NCBI GenBank assembly: GCA_965223325.1
Contig: CBDCWI010000002.1
Coordinates: forward strand, 1,152,001-1,216,000
Source: Candidatus Multivoradales bacterium
GTDB taxonomy: Bacteria; Acidobacteriota; Thermoanaerobaculia; Multivoradales; Multivoraceae
Direction of reading: 5' to 3'
Length of the DNA: 64,000 nucleotides
Below are positions 38,669-49,169 of this stretch, one piece after another. Within the stretch, counting starts at the first letter, position 1, and every line of letters starts with the position of its first letter. The notes under the pieces were generated by a model. The model was not told the DNA's origin and searched no databases. It saw nothing but the letters and a program-made list of their open reading frames with translations. The translations under genes and the position numbers were made by a program.

Positions 38669-39550
38669 ATGAATCTCCGCCTCAAGAACCATCTCGCCCG
38701 CGCCGCTGTGGCGCTCCTGGTCGCAGCCAGCCTCCCCGCCCTCGCTCTCGCCCACGAAGAAGCAGAGGAGAGGGAGTTCGGTTGGTTCGATACCGGCGAG
38801 CTCGCCTTCGTCCAGACCGACGGCAACTCCGAGGCCAGCAGCCTTTCGCTGCGCAACAACCTGAGCCGCGTCTGGGAAGACGCCACCTTCACACTCAACC
38901 TCGGTGCTCTGCGCGCCGAGTCGACTGACATCCGACGCTTCGCCGTCGGAACTCCCGACGCCTTCGCCATCCGCGAGGAGAAGCGCTCCGACCTGACCGC
39001 CGAGAACTACTTCATCCGCGGACGCTACGACCGGCAGATCACCGACTCGCTCTTCTGGTACGCCGGCGCCGGTTGGGAGAAGAACGAGTTCGCAGGCTTC
39101 GACAGCCGAACCGTGCTCACAGCCGGTGTCGGCAACATCTGGTTCGAAGAAGACGCCGCGCGGTGGCGCACCTGGTACGGCGCCACCTGGACCTCCCAGG
39201 ACGACATCGTCCCCAACCCCGAGATCGACGACAGCTTCATTGGCCTCCAGTTCGGCTCCGACTACGCCCGCCAGCTCGGCGCCAACTCGCTCTACGAGAG
39301 CCTGCTCGTCGTCGACCTCAACATCGACGAAACCGAAGACTGGCGTGCCGACTTCGTCAACTCCATCACCACCAGCATGACCAACCACCTCGCCCTCAAA
39401 GTCAGCCTGCAGATTCTGTACGACAACCTGCCGGCCCTCGAAGCCGTCGAGCTCATCGACATCACCGGCGCCTCGACCGGCACCGAAGTCTTCGGTTCGC
39501 TGGACGAGATGGACACCCTCCTGACCGCCTCGCTGGTCGTTAGTTTCTAG
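38669..39550 (+). CDS. DUF481 outer-membrane beta-barrel protein
   Basis: Signal peptide; TDGNSE motif, TAENY, amphipathic strands, terminal Phe (LVVSF). Confidence 0.85.
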   Translation: MNLRLKNHLARAAVALLVAASLPALALAHEEAEEREFGWFDTGELAFVQTDGNSEASSLSLRNNLSRVWEDATFTLNLGALRAESTDIRRFAVGTPDAFAIREEKRSDLTAENYFIRGRYDRQITDSLFWYAGAGWEKNEFAGFDSRTVLTAGVGNIWFEEDAARWRTWYGATWTSQDDIVPNPEIDDSFIGLQFGSDYARQLGANSLYESLLVVDLNIDETEDWRADFVNSITTSMTNHLALKVSLQILYDNLPALEAVELIDITGASTGTEVFGSLDEMDTLLTASLVVSF

Positions 39551-39552
39551 GG

Positions 39553-39951
39553 GTCTAGCGTTCCCGTGGTTTGCGGCCTTTGGGACGCGCCCGTGTTGGT
39601 GTGAGGTGGTGTTGATGGAGAGACGACCCAGCGATCGAGGTTCGTCGTTACCACGGGAACGCTAGACGTCACATCGGCCGCGCAAGCGGTCCAACGCGCG
39701 GGCCGCCGCCGCAGGCGAACGCCCTGTACCTGCGATCGGCACACTGCAAGGGGCCGGCGCGCGCGGCGGATTCTGGGCTCCGATCGAACGACGGCTCCGA
39801 AGCCAGCGATGCGAAGACCGCCGCGCAGGAGGAGGAGCTGCCCGAATGGCACACGACCGTTGGGGACGCGCCCGTGTTGGTGAGAGGTGGTGTTGATGGA
39901 GAGACGATCCAGCGATCGAGGCTCGTCGTTACCACGGGAACGCTAGACGTC
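39553..39951. repeat. Diverged relative of the 4.9-kb repeat: IR-bounded module + structured module + partial second copy (period ~281 bp)
   Basis: GTCTAGCGTTCCCGTGGT (39553-39570) / ACCACGGGAACGCTAGAC (39650-39667) perfect IR; ~90 bp repeated at 39863-39951; GTCACATC...GCGCAAGCG.TCCAA.GCGCG.GCCGCC...GGCGCGCGC.GCGGATTC shared with 5011-5115. Confidence 0.9.
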
Positions 39952-40055
39952 GTCGAAACCGGAAATCAACAAATTCAAAGATTTCTATTCTTCGTGCTAA
40001 GATAGACGCGGTCCGAGCCCCACACCCACCGACCCCCCGGCCCGCCTACCGCCCG

Positions 40056-41369
40056 ATGAAAACCATCCTCCTCGTCGACTTTGACCGCGAGCTCCTGGAG
40101 TCGCAGGCGCGGGCCTTCCGCGCCCACCGCACTGCCTGGGAGCTCCTGCTTGCCGAGAATGGCCACCAAGCGGTCCAGGTTCTCGAGAACCGCGCGATCG
40201 ACCTCCTCTTCACGGCCCTCGAGATGCCGGTCATGGACGGTTTCGAGCTCATGAGTCACGTCCTGCGCCTGCAGCCTGATGTCCCCGTCGTCATGTTCGC
40301 ACCCGCCGAGAGCGGCCTGGCGCCCGAAACGCTCGACATCCCCGGCACCTGTGACGTGCTCGTCAAACCGCTCTCGACCGACGGTGCGTTCAACTATGCA
40401 CGCACACACTTCGCCCGCGGACTTCGCGGCCACCTGAGCGGCATCAGCCTCTCCGGTGCCCTTCAGCTTCTCCACCTCGAGCAGCGCAGCTGCACGGTCA
40501 CGGTTCGCAAGAAGGGTCAGGTCGGCACCTTCGAACTGCAAGATGGAGTCCTCACGCACGCTTCCGTCGGAGGTCTCAAAGGCGAGGAAGCTGCGATCCA
40601 GATCCTCACCTGGCGCCACCCCGACCTCGAAGTCGTGGGACTCGCCACCAGCCCGTTTCACACCGTCAGTCAGCCGCTCGAAGGTCTGTTGATGGAAGCC
40701 GCGCGCCAGCACGACGAGTCGCGTCGTGACCTGCCCGACCTCTCCAGCCGGTGGCTGGCGAAAACCGAAGGCTCGAGCTACATCCCGCCGTTCGAACTCC
40801 GGCCGAAGCAAAGCCGCACCGTGCGCAGCCTGCTCCAGCGCGTCATGATGATCGAGGGCACCCTCGGCGTCGGCCTGATGGACACCCGCTCGGCCTCCTG
40901 CGTCATGAGCGAGAGCGTCCGACTGAAGGAGTCTTTCGACGAGCAGGCGGCCCAGACCGTCATGCTGGTGCGCGATCGTCGCTACGGGCTCGGAGCCGAC
41001 TCGGGCGATCCGAGTCTCGATCGAATGGTCGTGGAGCTGCACCGCCACATCGAGGTGTTTCAAAGCCTGGAGGGCGTTCCGCTCGGCCTCTACCTCCTGG
41101 GACGCCGGCACCTGACCGTGCCATCAGAGGCGATCGAAACCATCGAGCGCATCGCCGCCAAGATCAGCGACGTGCTGGTCGACCCCGATCCCGCCCAAAG
41201 CAACCTGCCGCGGCTGATCAAGACCGCACCGGCCAACTCAGACAAGAGCCGTGAGCGACCAACCGACTCGACGACGAGAAAGCGCACCGACCCTCCCGCC
41301 GGAGAGAACGCTTCAGTCGTTGACGAGGACGACCCGGTTCCGCCCCTGACGGCTCGCAACCGTCAGTGA
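40056..41369 (+). CDS. Atypical receiver + DUF4388 (PATAN-like) protein with C-terminal roadblock-like region
   Basis: ILLVD...LEMPVMDGFEL; GHLSGISLSGALQLLHLEQRSCTV...GEEAAIQILTW. Confidence 0.85.
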   Translation: MKTILLVDFDRELLESQARAFRAHRTAWELLLAENGHQAVQVLENRAIDLLFTALEMPVMDGFELMSHVLRLQPDVPVVMFAPAESGLAPETLDIPGTCDVLVKPLSTDGAFNYARTHFARGLRGHLSGISLSGALQLLHLEQRSCTVTVRKKGQVGTFELQDGVLTHASVGGLKGEEAAIQILTWRHPDLEVVGLATSPFHTVSQPLEGLLMEAARQHDESRRDLPDLSSRWLAKTEGSSYIPPFELRPKQSRTVRSLLQRVMMIEGTLGVGLMDTRSASCVMSESVRLKESFDEQAAQTVMLVRDRRYGLGADSGDPSLDRMVVELHRHIEVFQSLEGVPLGLYLLGRRHLTVPSEAIETIERIAAKISDVLVDPDPAQSNLPRLIKTAPANSDKSRERPTDSTTRKRTDPPAGENASVVDEDDPVPPLTARNRQ

Positions 41370-42986
41370 TCGGCGCGCATCTTCGTGCAGCTCGACCGCC
41401 AGGTCGTATCCCGGCAAAGCGGCGATGCCTGCCGTAAAGCTGGCGTGGAAGGTTCCTTCCGAAGACCGATGCGGTAGCTCCGAGAACAGCGCACGAATCT
41501 CGTCGAGAACCCGCAACGCACCCTTGCCGGGCGTGTCCGGCATGATGACGCCGAACTCCTCACCGCCCCATCTACCCACCAGGTCGGTCTTGCGCAGCCG
41601 TTGGGTCAGGAGCCCGGCGAGGCTCTTGATGACGCCGTCGCCGGTGAGGTAGCCGTAGCGTTCGTTGATCGACCGCAGGTTGTCGAGATCGATGATCGCG
41701 TAGGAGAACGACCGCTGGTGGCGCGCCGACTGTTCGAACTCGGCTTCGAGACGTTGCATGAACTCGGTGTGGTTGAGAACCCCAGTCAAACTGTCGTGCG
41801 ACAAGAAGTAGCGTAGAGACCTGCTGCGCTGGGCGTGGTAGCTGACCGTCGACACCAGCGATTCGAGATCCTCGGGATCGTCCACCAGATCGTCGGCACC
41901 CGAGCGCATGATCCCCAGCTGCACGTCGACCGGTGCCCCCTCGCTCAGAAACACGATCGGTACGTGAATGTAGGCGTCGCTCTGACGAATGATCGCTGCC
42001 AGCTCGGGGCCCGTCACTTCGGGTAGATCAACATTGAGCAGTACGACATCGGGTTGGAAGTCCACCAGCTCCTTGAGCGCTCGGTCGGGCTGGGTCGCGA
42101 TCGCTGCGGTCATGCCAGAGCGCTGGAGCACCAGAGAGTGGCGCAGGGCGTCCTGGTAGCTCTGTTGCACGACCAGAACGCGGAAGGGATCGCTGGGTTG
42201 AGAGTGGGTCAAGACCTCGAGCCGCTCGACCAGCTTGCGAATGCTGGGGGGCGAGGTCAAGAAGACATCAACGCCGGCACGCACCGCTTCGAGCCTGGTC
42301 TGTAAGTCGGAGCGCACTGAGATCAGGACCACCGGCATCGACAGGTTCCGTCGCCGCAGCTCGTCGACAAACTCGCGCGTCTCGGCAACGACAGGAGCAA
42401 AGGGGTCGGCATCGACGATCAACACCGCCGGCGACTCATCCAGGCGCTCGAGCGGCTCCCGTGCATCGGCGAACGCCCGCACGAGATAGCCAAAGCAGCC
42501 GAGCTGAAAGCTGAGATCGGCCGCCAGGGAGCTGTTGCGGGTCACCAGAAAGAGGAGGCGCCGGGACTTCGTGGGCTCGAACGGCAGCACGTCTCTGTCA
42601 TCGTTGGTCATCGCGGCGGCCTCGATCTCACCGGTTCCATCGTGGTCTTCGGCATCGAAGCACGCCTCTCGAAGTTCGGCCACCTCGGCCATCAGCCGAT
42701 CTCTATCCAGGTCCTGTTCTTCTTCGGTTGCCTCGATCTGCGCCAACATCGAAACCAGATTGCGCGCCTTCTCCGACAGGCGATCGTAACCAAAGATCGC
42801 TCCACTCCCAGCCAGGCTGTGGGCCATCAAGCGCAGCGAGCGGAGCGCATCGCGCCAACCGATCTCCGGCAACGCCCGACTGGCGCTCTCGATCTGCGCG
42901 ATGCGGTGCGGAAGCTGCTGGGCGTAGGCCCGACGCAGCGAGCGCAGACGTTGCGCCATCGGGCGTTCGGTCGGTTCCGAGGACAT
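41313..42986 (-). CDS. Hpt-REC-REC-GGDEF diguanylate cyclase
   Basis: AHSLAGSGAIFGY Hpt motif, two receiver-like folds, HDSLTG, RKTD I-site, RWGGEEF; start taken at ATG 42986. Confidence 0.92.
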   Translation of the reverse strand: MSSEPTERPMAQRLRSLRRAYAQQLPHRIAQIESASRALPEIGWRDALRSLRLMAHSLAGSGAIFGYDRLSEKARNLVSMLAQIEATEEEQDLDRDRLMAEVAELREACFDAEDHDGTGEIEAAAMTNDDRDVLPFEPTKSRRLLFLVTRNSSLAADLSFQLGCFGYLVRAFADAREPLERLDESPAVLIVDADPFAPVVAETREFVDELRRRNLSMPVVLISVRSDLQTRLEAVRAGVDVFLTSPPSIRKLVERLEVLTHSQPSDPFRVLVVQQSYQDALRHSLVLQRSGMTAAIATQPDRALKELVDFQPDVVLLNVDLPEVTGPELAAIIRQSDAYIHVPIVFLSEGAPVDVQLGIMRSGADDLVDDPEDLESLVSTVSYHAQRSRSLRYFLSHDSLTGVLNHTEFMQRLEAEFEQSARHQRSFSYAIIDLDNLRSINERYGYLTGDGVIKSLAGLLTQRLRKTDLVGRWGGEEFGVIMPDTPGKGALRVLDEIRALFSELPHRSSEGTFHASFTAGIAALPGYDLAVELHEDARRSLTVASRQGRNRVVLVND

Positions 42987-43214
42987 GGTTGGGGATCCGG
43001 AGGGAGGGGTGAATCGGGGCAGGCGAGGAGCAGGGCAACCAAGACACACGAACCGGCGCGGCCCCGGAAGGGCAGCTGGAGTCGAAGGGACGGGCTTCCC
43101 CGCTCCTACGAATCGTACCGAAACTACGGAAAAAGGAACAGTCGCCGAAAACGAGGGGCCAATCCCCTCGATCGAATCGCTTTTTCCTCCAAATAGCTTG
43201 TTTTCGGACGGCGC

Positions 43215-43538
43215 TCAGTCGCCGGCAGCGAACCGGATAAGGCGCTTCTCGGGGTCGGGATGGGCGCGATACAGAATCGCCACCCGGCCGACGAGCCCGG
43301 CGAGGGCGGCGCCGAGCCGCGCCGCGAGCTCGGTCGCCACCTGTTTGCGCTCCTCGCGGTCCAGCTGCAGGCGGATCTTGATCAACTCGTGCACTGCGAG
43401 TGCCTGATCGATCTCAGCTACTACCCCGTCGCTCAGACCACTACGCCCGACGAACCCCACCGGCTCGAGGTTGTGGGCCATGCCCCGCAGGCGCTTGCGC
43501 TCGCCGCTGGTGAGCGCGACCTTCTCTCCCTCCGACAT
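43215..43538 (-). CDS. yhbY: YhbY/CRM-domain RNA-binding protein
   Basis: LRGMAHNLEP..VGRSGL, HELIKIR, VGRVAILYR. Confidence 0.93.
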   Translation of the reverse strand: MSEGEKVALTSGERKRLRGMAHNLEPVGFVGRSGLSDGVVAEIDQALAVHELIKIRLQLDREERKQVATELAARLGAALAGLVGRVAILYRAHPDPEKRLIRFAAGD

Positions 43539-43556
43539 TCCTCCATCCTATGAGAT

Positions 43557-44768
43557 TCAGTACGACGCTTCGCGCGAGCGCACCCGGGTGCCGCCTGTGA
43601 CCCGGGCCGACGGATGCACGACAACCATCTCTCCCTGCTCGAGGCCCGACTGGATCTGGGCGATGCGTCCCGTGCGGTGGCCGACCGTGACGGTGCGCGC
43701 CATCGCCTTGCCACCCGTTGTCACGTACACCGCCCAGGAGTCATCTGAGTTGCGAAACAGGCTTCCGGCTGGAACCTGGAGGACCTCGTCGCTCTCGAAG
43801 ATGACCACCCGGACCTCGACCCGGTACCCGTCGCCCAGCCCATCGGGGACTTCACCCAGCGCAACGATCACATTCACCCGTTGCTCCTCGACGCCGAGCG
43901 CCGAGATACGCGTGAAGCCCGAGGGTTCAACGCGTTCCACCCGCCCTGCCAGGGAGTGATCGCCGCCCCAACGCTCGATCAGAACGCGCTGGCCCGCTCG
44001 AATGCGGACCGCATCAGACGATAGGTAGTCCGAGATCACCTCGAGGTCTCTCGGATCTCCAACTTCGATGAGCGCTTCGCCAGCTGGCACGATCGCCTCA
44101 CTCTCGCGCAAGCGCCGCAAGACGACGCCATCGATCGGCGACCGCAACGCGATACTGCCAGCCGGAGTGTTCCCGGTGCTCGTGGCGGAACCAGGACCGC
44201 CATGAATCAACCGCGCGCGGGCGACTTCGAGGCCATGCTGTGCGGTGGCGACCGCAAAACGTGCGGCTTCGAGGGCCTCGCGACGGGTCTCAGTGTCGAG
44301 CTCTGCGGCATCGAGGCGCTCGACCGAAACGATGCCTTCCTCAGCCAGCCGGCGCGCACGCACGACCTCTGCGGTGGCGAACTCGAGCTCCTCCTGGCGC
44401 TGACGCTCGGTCGCTCGCGCCTGCCCCAGGGTTGCCTCGGCAGCGTCAATGGCGGCGCGCGCCTCGGCGCGCGAGCGAATATCGAGCAGGGCAGGATCGC
44501 TGGGCTTGAAGGTGGCGAGCGGAGTCTCGCCCGCCACCACCCGATCCCCGGGTTCGAGCTCGATGCGCAGAATACGACCCGCGAACGGTGCCGAGACCGA
44601 AAAGCGCTCGCGCACCCTGGTCTCACCCTCTTCGTCGAGGGTCACCAACATCGGCGCCAAACGGACCTCCGCGGTGTCGACCGGAGTCGCGGGATCACGC
44701 AATGCCCACCCCACTGCGACCAGCACGAGAAGCAGGATCAGAAGCATCAACCAACGGCGTCGGGTCAT
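43557..44768 (-). CDS. Periplasmic adaptor (HlyD/MFP) of ABC efflux system
   Basis: N-terminal TM, EEGETRVRE, LRSPIDG, SALGVEEQRVNV. Confidence 0.92.
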   Translation of the reverse strand: MTRRRWLMLLILLLVLVAVGWALRDPATPVDTAEVRLAPMLVTLDEEGETRVRERFSVSAPFAGRILRIELEPGDRVVAGETPLATFKPSDPALLDIRSRAEARAAIDAAEATLGQARATERQRQEELEFATAEVVRARRLAEEGIVSVERLDAAELDTETRREALEAARFAVATAQHGLEVARARLIHGGPGSATSTGNTPAGSIALRSPIDGVVLRRLRESEAIVPAGEALIEVGDPRDLEVISDYLSSDAVRIRAGQRVLIERWGGDHSLAGRVERVEPSGFTRISALGVEEQRVNVIVALGEVPDGLGDGYRVEVRVVIFESDEVLQVPAGSLFRNSDDSWAVYVTTGGKAMARTVTVGHRTGRIAQIQSGLEQGEMVVVHPSARVTGGTRVRSREASY

Positions 44769-44827
44769 CTCTTTCTTCCTCGTTCCCAAACGTAGAGTTG
44801 ATCGTCAAAAGAGCGCCATCGTCGCCG

Positions 44828-47209
44828 TCACTCGCGGGTCTTTAGAACGGCGATCAGGTCGAGCCTGTCGAGTCGCCGCCGAACCAGGAGCGCTGACACC
44901 GCGGTGCCGGCGCAGACGGTGAGCGCTGCAACCATGAAGTTCTTCGGCGTGACGACCAGGGGAATACGAAACGCCTCGGTATCGAGACCCGAAACCGCCG
45001 CCGCCACTAGACCGTAGCCAATCAGCGCGCCGAGCGGTAGCGAAATCAACGTCAGAAGTGCCAACTCGCCGAGCAAGATGAACGAGATCTCGCGACGTGT
45101 GAAACCCATCACCCGCAGACTGGCGAGATCGCGGTTGCGTTCCGAGAGCGAGATCCGAGCGCCGTTGTAGACCACACCAAAAGAGATCACGGTTGCAAAG
45201 AACAAAAAGAACGCCGACATGAACCCCATGTTCTCAGCGAAGAACTCATCGAAGTTCTCGAGCACGCCCTTGCGCGTGACGACACCAGCAACCGCCGGCG
45301 TTTCTTTCAAGTAGCTCATCAGGCGATCGTGATCGCGCGTGTCGACCTGAAGCACCGCTCCGGTGATGGTTTCGCCCTCGCGCAGTAGTGAACGCAGACT
45401 GTCGATCTCCATCCAGGCACCCAACCCGACGTAGTCATCGACCAGCCCTCGGACGGGTACGCGACGTCGCGGCCGCTGGCCCTCGAGGACCTCGACTTCG
45501 ATCCAGGAGCCAACCTTCACACCGAGGTCCCGCCCCAACTTGGCGGACATCACCAGGCCGTCGGGCGGCAGGGTGACCGGACGGCCACGGGCGTCGACGA
45601 CTCGCTCGAGCGTGGCGCCGGCAGGAAGACCCCGAATGCCGATTTCCTTCGACCGTTGCTCGAAACGAAAGCGGGCAGCAACCGAGCGGTTGGGCTCGAC
45701 CGACAGGACTCCTGGCATGCGCTCGAACTCGAACCCCGAGGCGGCACTCGCCGGTTCGTAGAGAGCGACGGTGACGTCTTGCCGTTGCGCGGCGTCGAAC
45801 TGCAGATCGATCATGTGATCAATGGCGTCGAACATGAAGCCGCCGACCAGCATGATCGAACCGGCAAGCGAGATCGCAAGAACCGTGAGGCTGGTGCGCA
45901 CCGGCAGGCGGGTGATGTTGCGAACGATCATGCGCACCGGTTGCGGCCAGTCGCGGGCACCGCTCCACAGTCGCTCGACCCACGAACGACCGAAACTCGT
46001 CGGAGCCGCTGGGCGCATCGCTTCCGCAGGAGGCAGCGTGACTGCGCTTCGCACCGCCCGAACCGCGCCGACGACCGCCGCCAGAAGCGCCACGCCCAGC
46101 GCTCCGAGAAGCGTCGCCGGGCGCCAGTTGCGTTCGAGGAAAGGCAGCTGGAAGAACTCGACGTACATATCGAGCCATGCCTCGCTCATCATCAAACCAC
46201 CGAACAGTCCGAAAGCGGTTCCGAGGCAGGCGACCAGCACTGCCCACTTGACGAAATGCAACCCGATTTCGAGGGCGCTGTACCCCAACGCTTTCAGCTG
46301 TGCGATCTGCTCGCGCTGCACCGCCACCAGTCTGGTGAGCACCAGGTTGAGGAGAAAGGCTGCGACCGCGAGAAAGATCGTGGGCACGACGATCGCCATT
46401 CGCGAAAGCTGATCGAGCTCGTTTTGCAGGTACCAGTGCGACATCTGCAGGCGGCGCGGAATCGCACCGCGCCCACCGTAGCGCTCGAGTACCGCGTCGA
46501 GACGATCGAGTACCTCGTCCTCCACTGCACCGGGCGAAAGGGTGAGCGCCACGTCGTTCCAGGCACCGTCCATCTCGAACGCCGTAGCCAGCGGCTTTCT
46601 GGCCATCCACAAGATGCCGAAGCGGCGCGCGTCGGGGATCAGGTCGCCGGGCGCCATGGTGTAGATGAACTCGGGGGACAACGCAACGCCAACAATCCGG
46701 AAGGCCTTGCGACGGCCATTGAGGATCGCCACGATCGCATCGCCTGGTCCAAGCCCGTGAGCGTCGGCAAAGGCTTCGTTGACGAGAACTTCGTCGTCTT
46801 CGCGCGGGTCGAGGGCCCGCCCGCGGCGCAGAAAGAAGGCGTTGAGCCGCGGCTCGGATTCTTCGCCGCCAATGCCAACCGGAACCGACACCAGGCGACC
46901 GCGCGCCGGCTCCACCATGCCCTCGACGTCGAGAGTGACATCGGCGACAACCCGCGTGTCGACAACCGCGACGCCGGGGATCTGCGCCACACGCTCGGCG
47001 ACCGGATCGGGCACGCGCACGGCGCCGGCGAAGACCTCAGCGAAACGGTAACGATCGTAATAGGCGCTCTGGGTCTCGAACAGCGAATCGAACGTTGCCA
47101 CCGAGCCAACGTACAAACTGATCCCGGCCCCGATCACCGCCGCAATCGCGAAAGCCATTCCGCGGCTGCCCCAGAGATCGCGCAGAAGCTTGCGGTCGAG
47201 TGCTCGCAT
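44828..47209 (-). CDS. FtsX/MacB-like ABC transporter permease (duplicated)
   Basis: LDRKLLRDL start, QREQIAQLKALGY, ERNRDLASLRVMGF, LDLIAVLKTRE end. Confidence 0.93.
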   Translation of the reverse strand: MRALDRKLLRDLWGSRGMAFAIAAVIGAGISLYVGSVATFDSLFETQSAYYDRYRFAEVFAGAVRVPDPVAERVAQIPGVAVVDTRVVADVTLDVEGMVEPARGRLVSVPVGIGGEESEPRLNAFFLRRGRALDPREDDEVLVNEAFADAHGLGPGDAIVAILNGRRKAFRIVGVALSPEFIYTMAPGDLIPDARRFGILWMARKPLATAFEMDGAWNDVALTLSPGAVEDEVLDRLDAVLERYGGRGAIPRRLQMSHWYLQNELDQLSRMAIVVPTIFLAVAAFLLNLVLTRLVAVQREQIAQLKALGYSALEIGLHFVKWAVLVACLGTAFGLFGGLMMSEAWLDMYVEFFQLPFLERNWRPATLLGALGVALLAAVVGAVRAVRSAVTLPPAEAMRPAAPTSFGRSWVERLWSGARDWPQPVRMIVRNITRLPVRTSLTVLAISLAGSIMLVGGFMFDAIDHMIDLQFDAAQRQDVTVALYEPASAASGFEFERMPGVLSVEPNRSVAARFRFEQRSKEIGIRGLPAGATLERVVDARGRPVTLPPDGLVMSAKLGRDLGVKVGSWIEVEVLEGQRPRRRVPVRGLVDDYVGLGAWMEIDSLRSLLREGETITGAVLQVDTRDHDRLMSYLKETPAVAGVVTRKGVLENFDEFFAENMGFMSAFFLFFATVISFGVVYNGARISLSERNRDLASLRVMGFTRREISFILLGELALLTLISLPLGALIGYGLVAAAVSGLDTEAFRIPLVVTPKNFMVAALTVCAGTAVSALLVRRRLDRLDLIAVLKTRE

Positions 47210-47220
47210 CGCCCTTAGAC

Positions 47221-47946
<726 letters not shown>

Positions 47947-48173
47947 CGTTCGGGCTCATCGGACATTTTGACCTCTCAAAATTTCTTCCTGGTTCCTACG
48001 CTACTCCTCCGTCTCGCGGCGGTCAATCGACCTGCGCACCACCGGGCACGACACACGGGACAAAGCCCGCTCTGTCGAGGGTCGCGGGAACAGGTTCATG
48101 ACGAAAGAGGGGCATTGGAGACCCTTTTCAATCTTTTTATCGAGAAAAACTAGAATTCATATAAAATCTAGCC

Positions 48174-48428
48174 ATGTCGAACACGCTCTACCTGGGAAAC
48201 CTGCCCGCCCACACGCGCGACCAGGACCTCTTCAAGCTGATCCAGGCGACCGAACCGGCCCAGCTCCCCAAAGTGCGCCTTTCGCGACCTGGCGATGCGC
48301 CGCGTTACGCTTTCGTCGACCTCACCGACCCGCAAGAAGCCGAACGGCTGGCGGCCCAACTCCAAGGCGCCGACCTCGCGGGGCGACGACTGACCGTGCT
48401 GGTGCTCCAGTCAAGAGCCACCGCCTGA
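48174..48428 (+). CDS. Single-RRM RNA-binding protein
   Basis: RNP2 LYLGNL, RNP1 RYAFVDL, LQGADLAGRRLTV. Confidence 0.85.
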   Translation: MSNTLYLGNLPAHTRDQDLFKLIQATEPAQLPKVRLSRPGDAPRYAFVDLTDPQEAERLAAQLQGADLAGRRLTVLVLQSRATA

Positions 48429-48506
48429 GTCGAACCCGCGAGTAGCGCCCCGACCGGGGACCTCGATCCGCTCCCCAGCACCGGGAGAGGATTCGTCCCC
48501 GCCAGC

Positions 48507-49169
48507 TCAGCCGCAAAGCGACAGGCCGACGAGCGCCCCGAGCTCAGACAGAGCATCATCCGGCTCGACGACCTTGATCGTGTGCATGCCGAGAGCCCGG
48601 GCACTCTTCAGGTTGGCGCCAATGTCATCGAGGAACGCAGTTTGATCGAGCGCCACGCCCACGACCTCGCAAGCGTGCCGGTAGATCCGCGGATCGGGCT
48701 TGCGCATTCCCAGAACGCTCGACTCGAGGAAGTGATCGAAGTGCTGTGCCAGCCCTTGGCGCTCGTCTCCTCGACTGGCTGAGCGACTGCCTTCGTCGCT
48801 GGCCCAGTTGTTGGTCAGCGCTGCGACCAACAGGCCGGCTGCGCGAAGACGCTTGATGGCCTCGAGCATCACCGGGCGAGGGGCGGACTCGGCGGCGATC
48901 TCGGCAAACATCTCGACCGACGAGAAGCGCGGCCCGGCACCCCGGCACTCCTCGTCGAAGGCGGCATGAAAGGCCGGTCCGAGGGTCAGCTCACCGCGTT
49001 CGAGCCGGTGCCAGGCAGCGTCGGGAGCCGACCCCATGACCTGACGGTTGACAAAACCGACCTCGATGCCGCGCTGGCGCTCGAAGCGTTCAATGGCGTG
49101 CAGCGGAGATCCCAACACAACGCCCCCGAGATCGAAAATGACAGCTTTGATGTTTACTTCCTGGCTCAT
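48507..49169 (-). CDS. HAD-family phosphatase (epoxide-hydrolase/ACAD10 N-domain-like)
   Basis: AVIFDLGGV, LTNNW, RKPDPRIY, FLDDIGANL; start re-assigned to ATG 49169. Confidence 0.92.
   Translation of the reverse strand: MSQEVNIKAVIFDLGGVVLGSPLHAIERFERQRGIEVGFVNRQVMGSAPDAAWHRLERGELTLGPAFHAAFDEECRGAGPRFSSVEMFAEIAAESAPRPVMLEAIKRLRAAGLLVAALTNNWASDEGSRSASRGDERQGLAQHFDHFLESSVLGMRKPDPRIYRHACEVVGVALDQTAFLDDIGANLKSARALGMHTIKVVEPDDALSELGALVGLSLCG

Noticed and set aside
45656-47218. Long alternative-frame ORFs (also 26704-28125, 52475-53695, 53830-55665, 60258-61805, 30050-31180, 39975-41111)
   Set aside because: Shadow ORFs overlapping well-supported genes, expected in high-GC DNA; no motifs.
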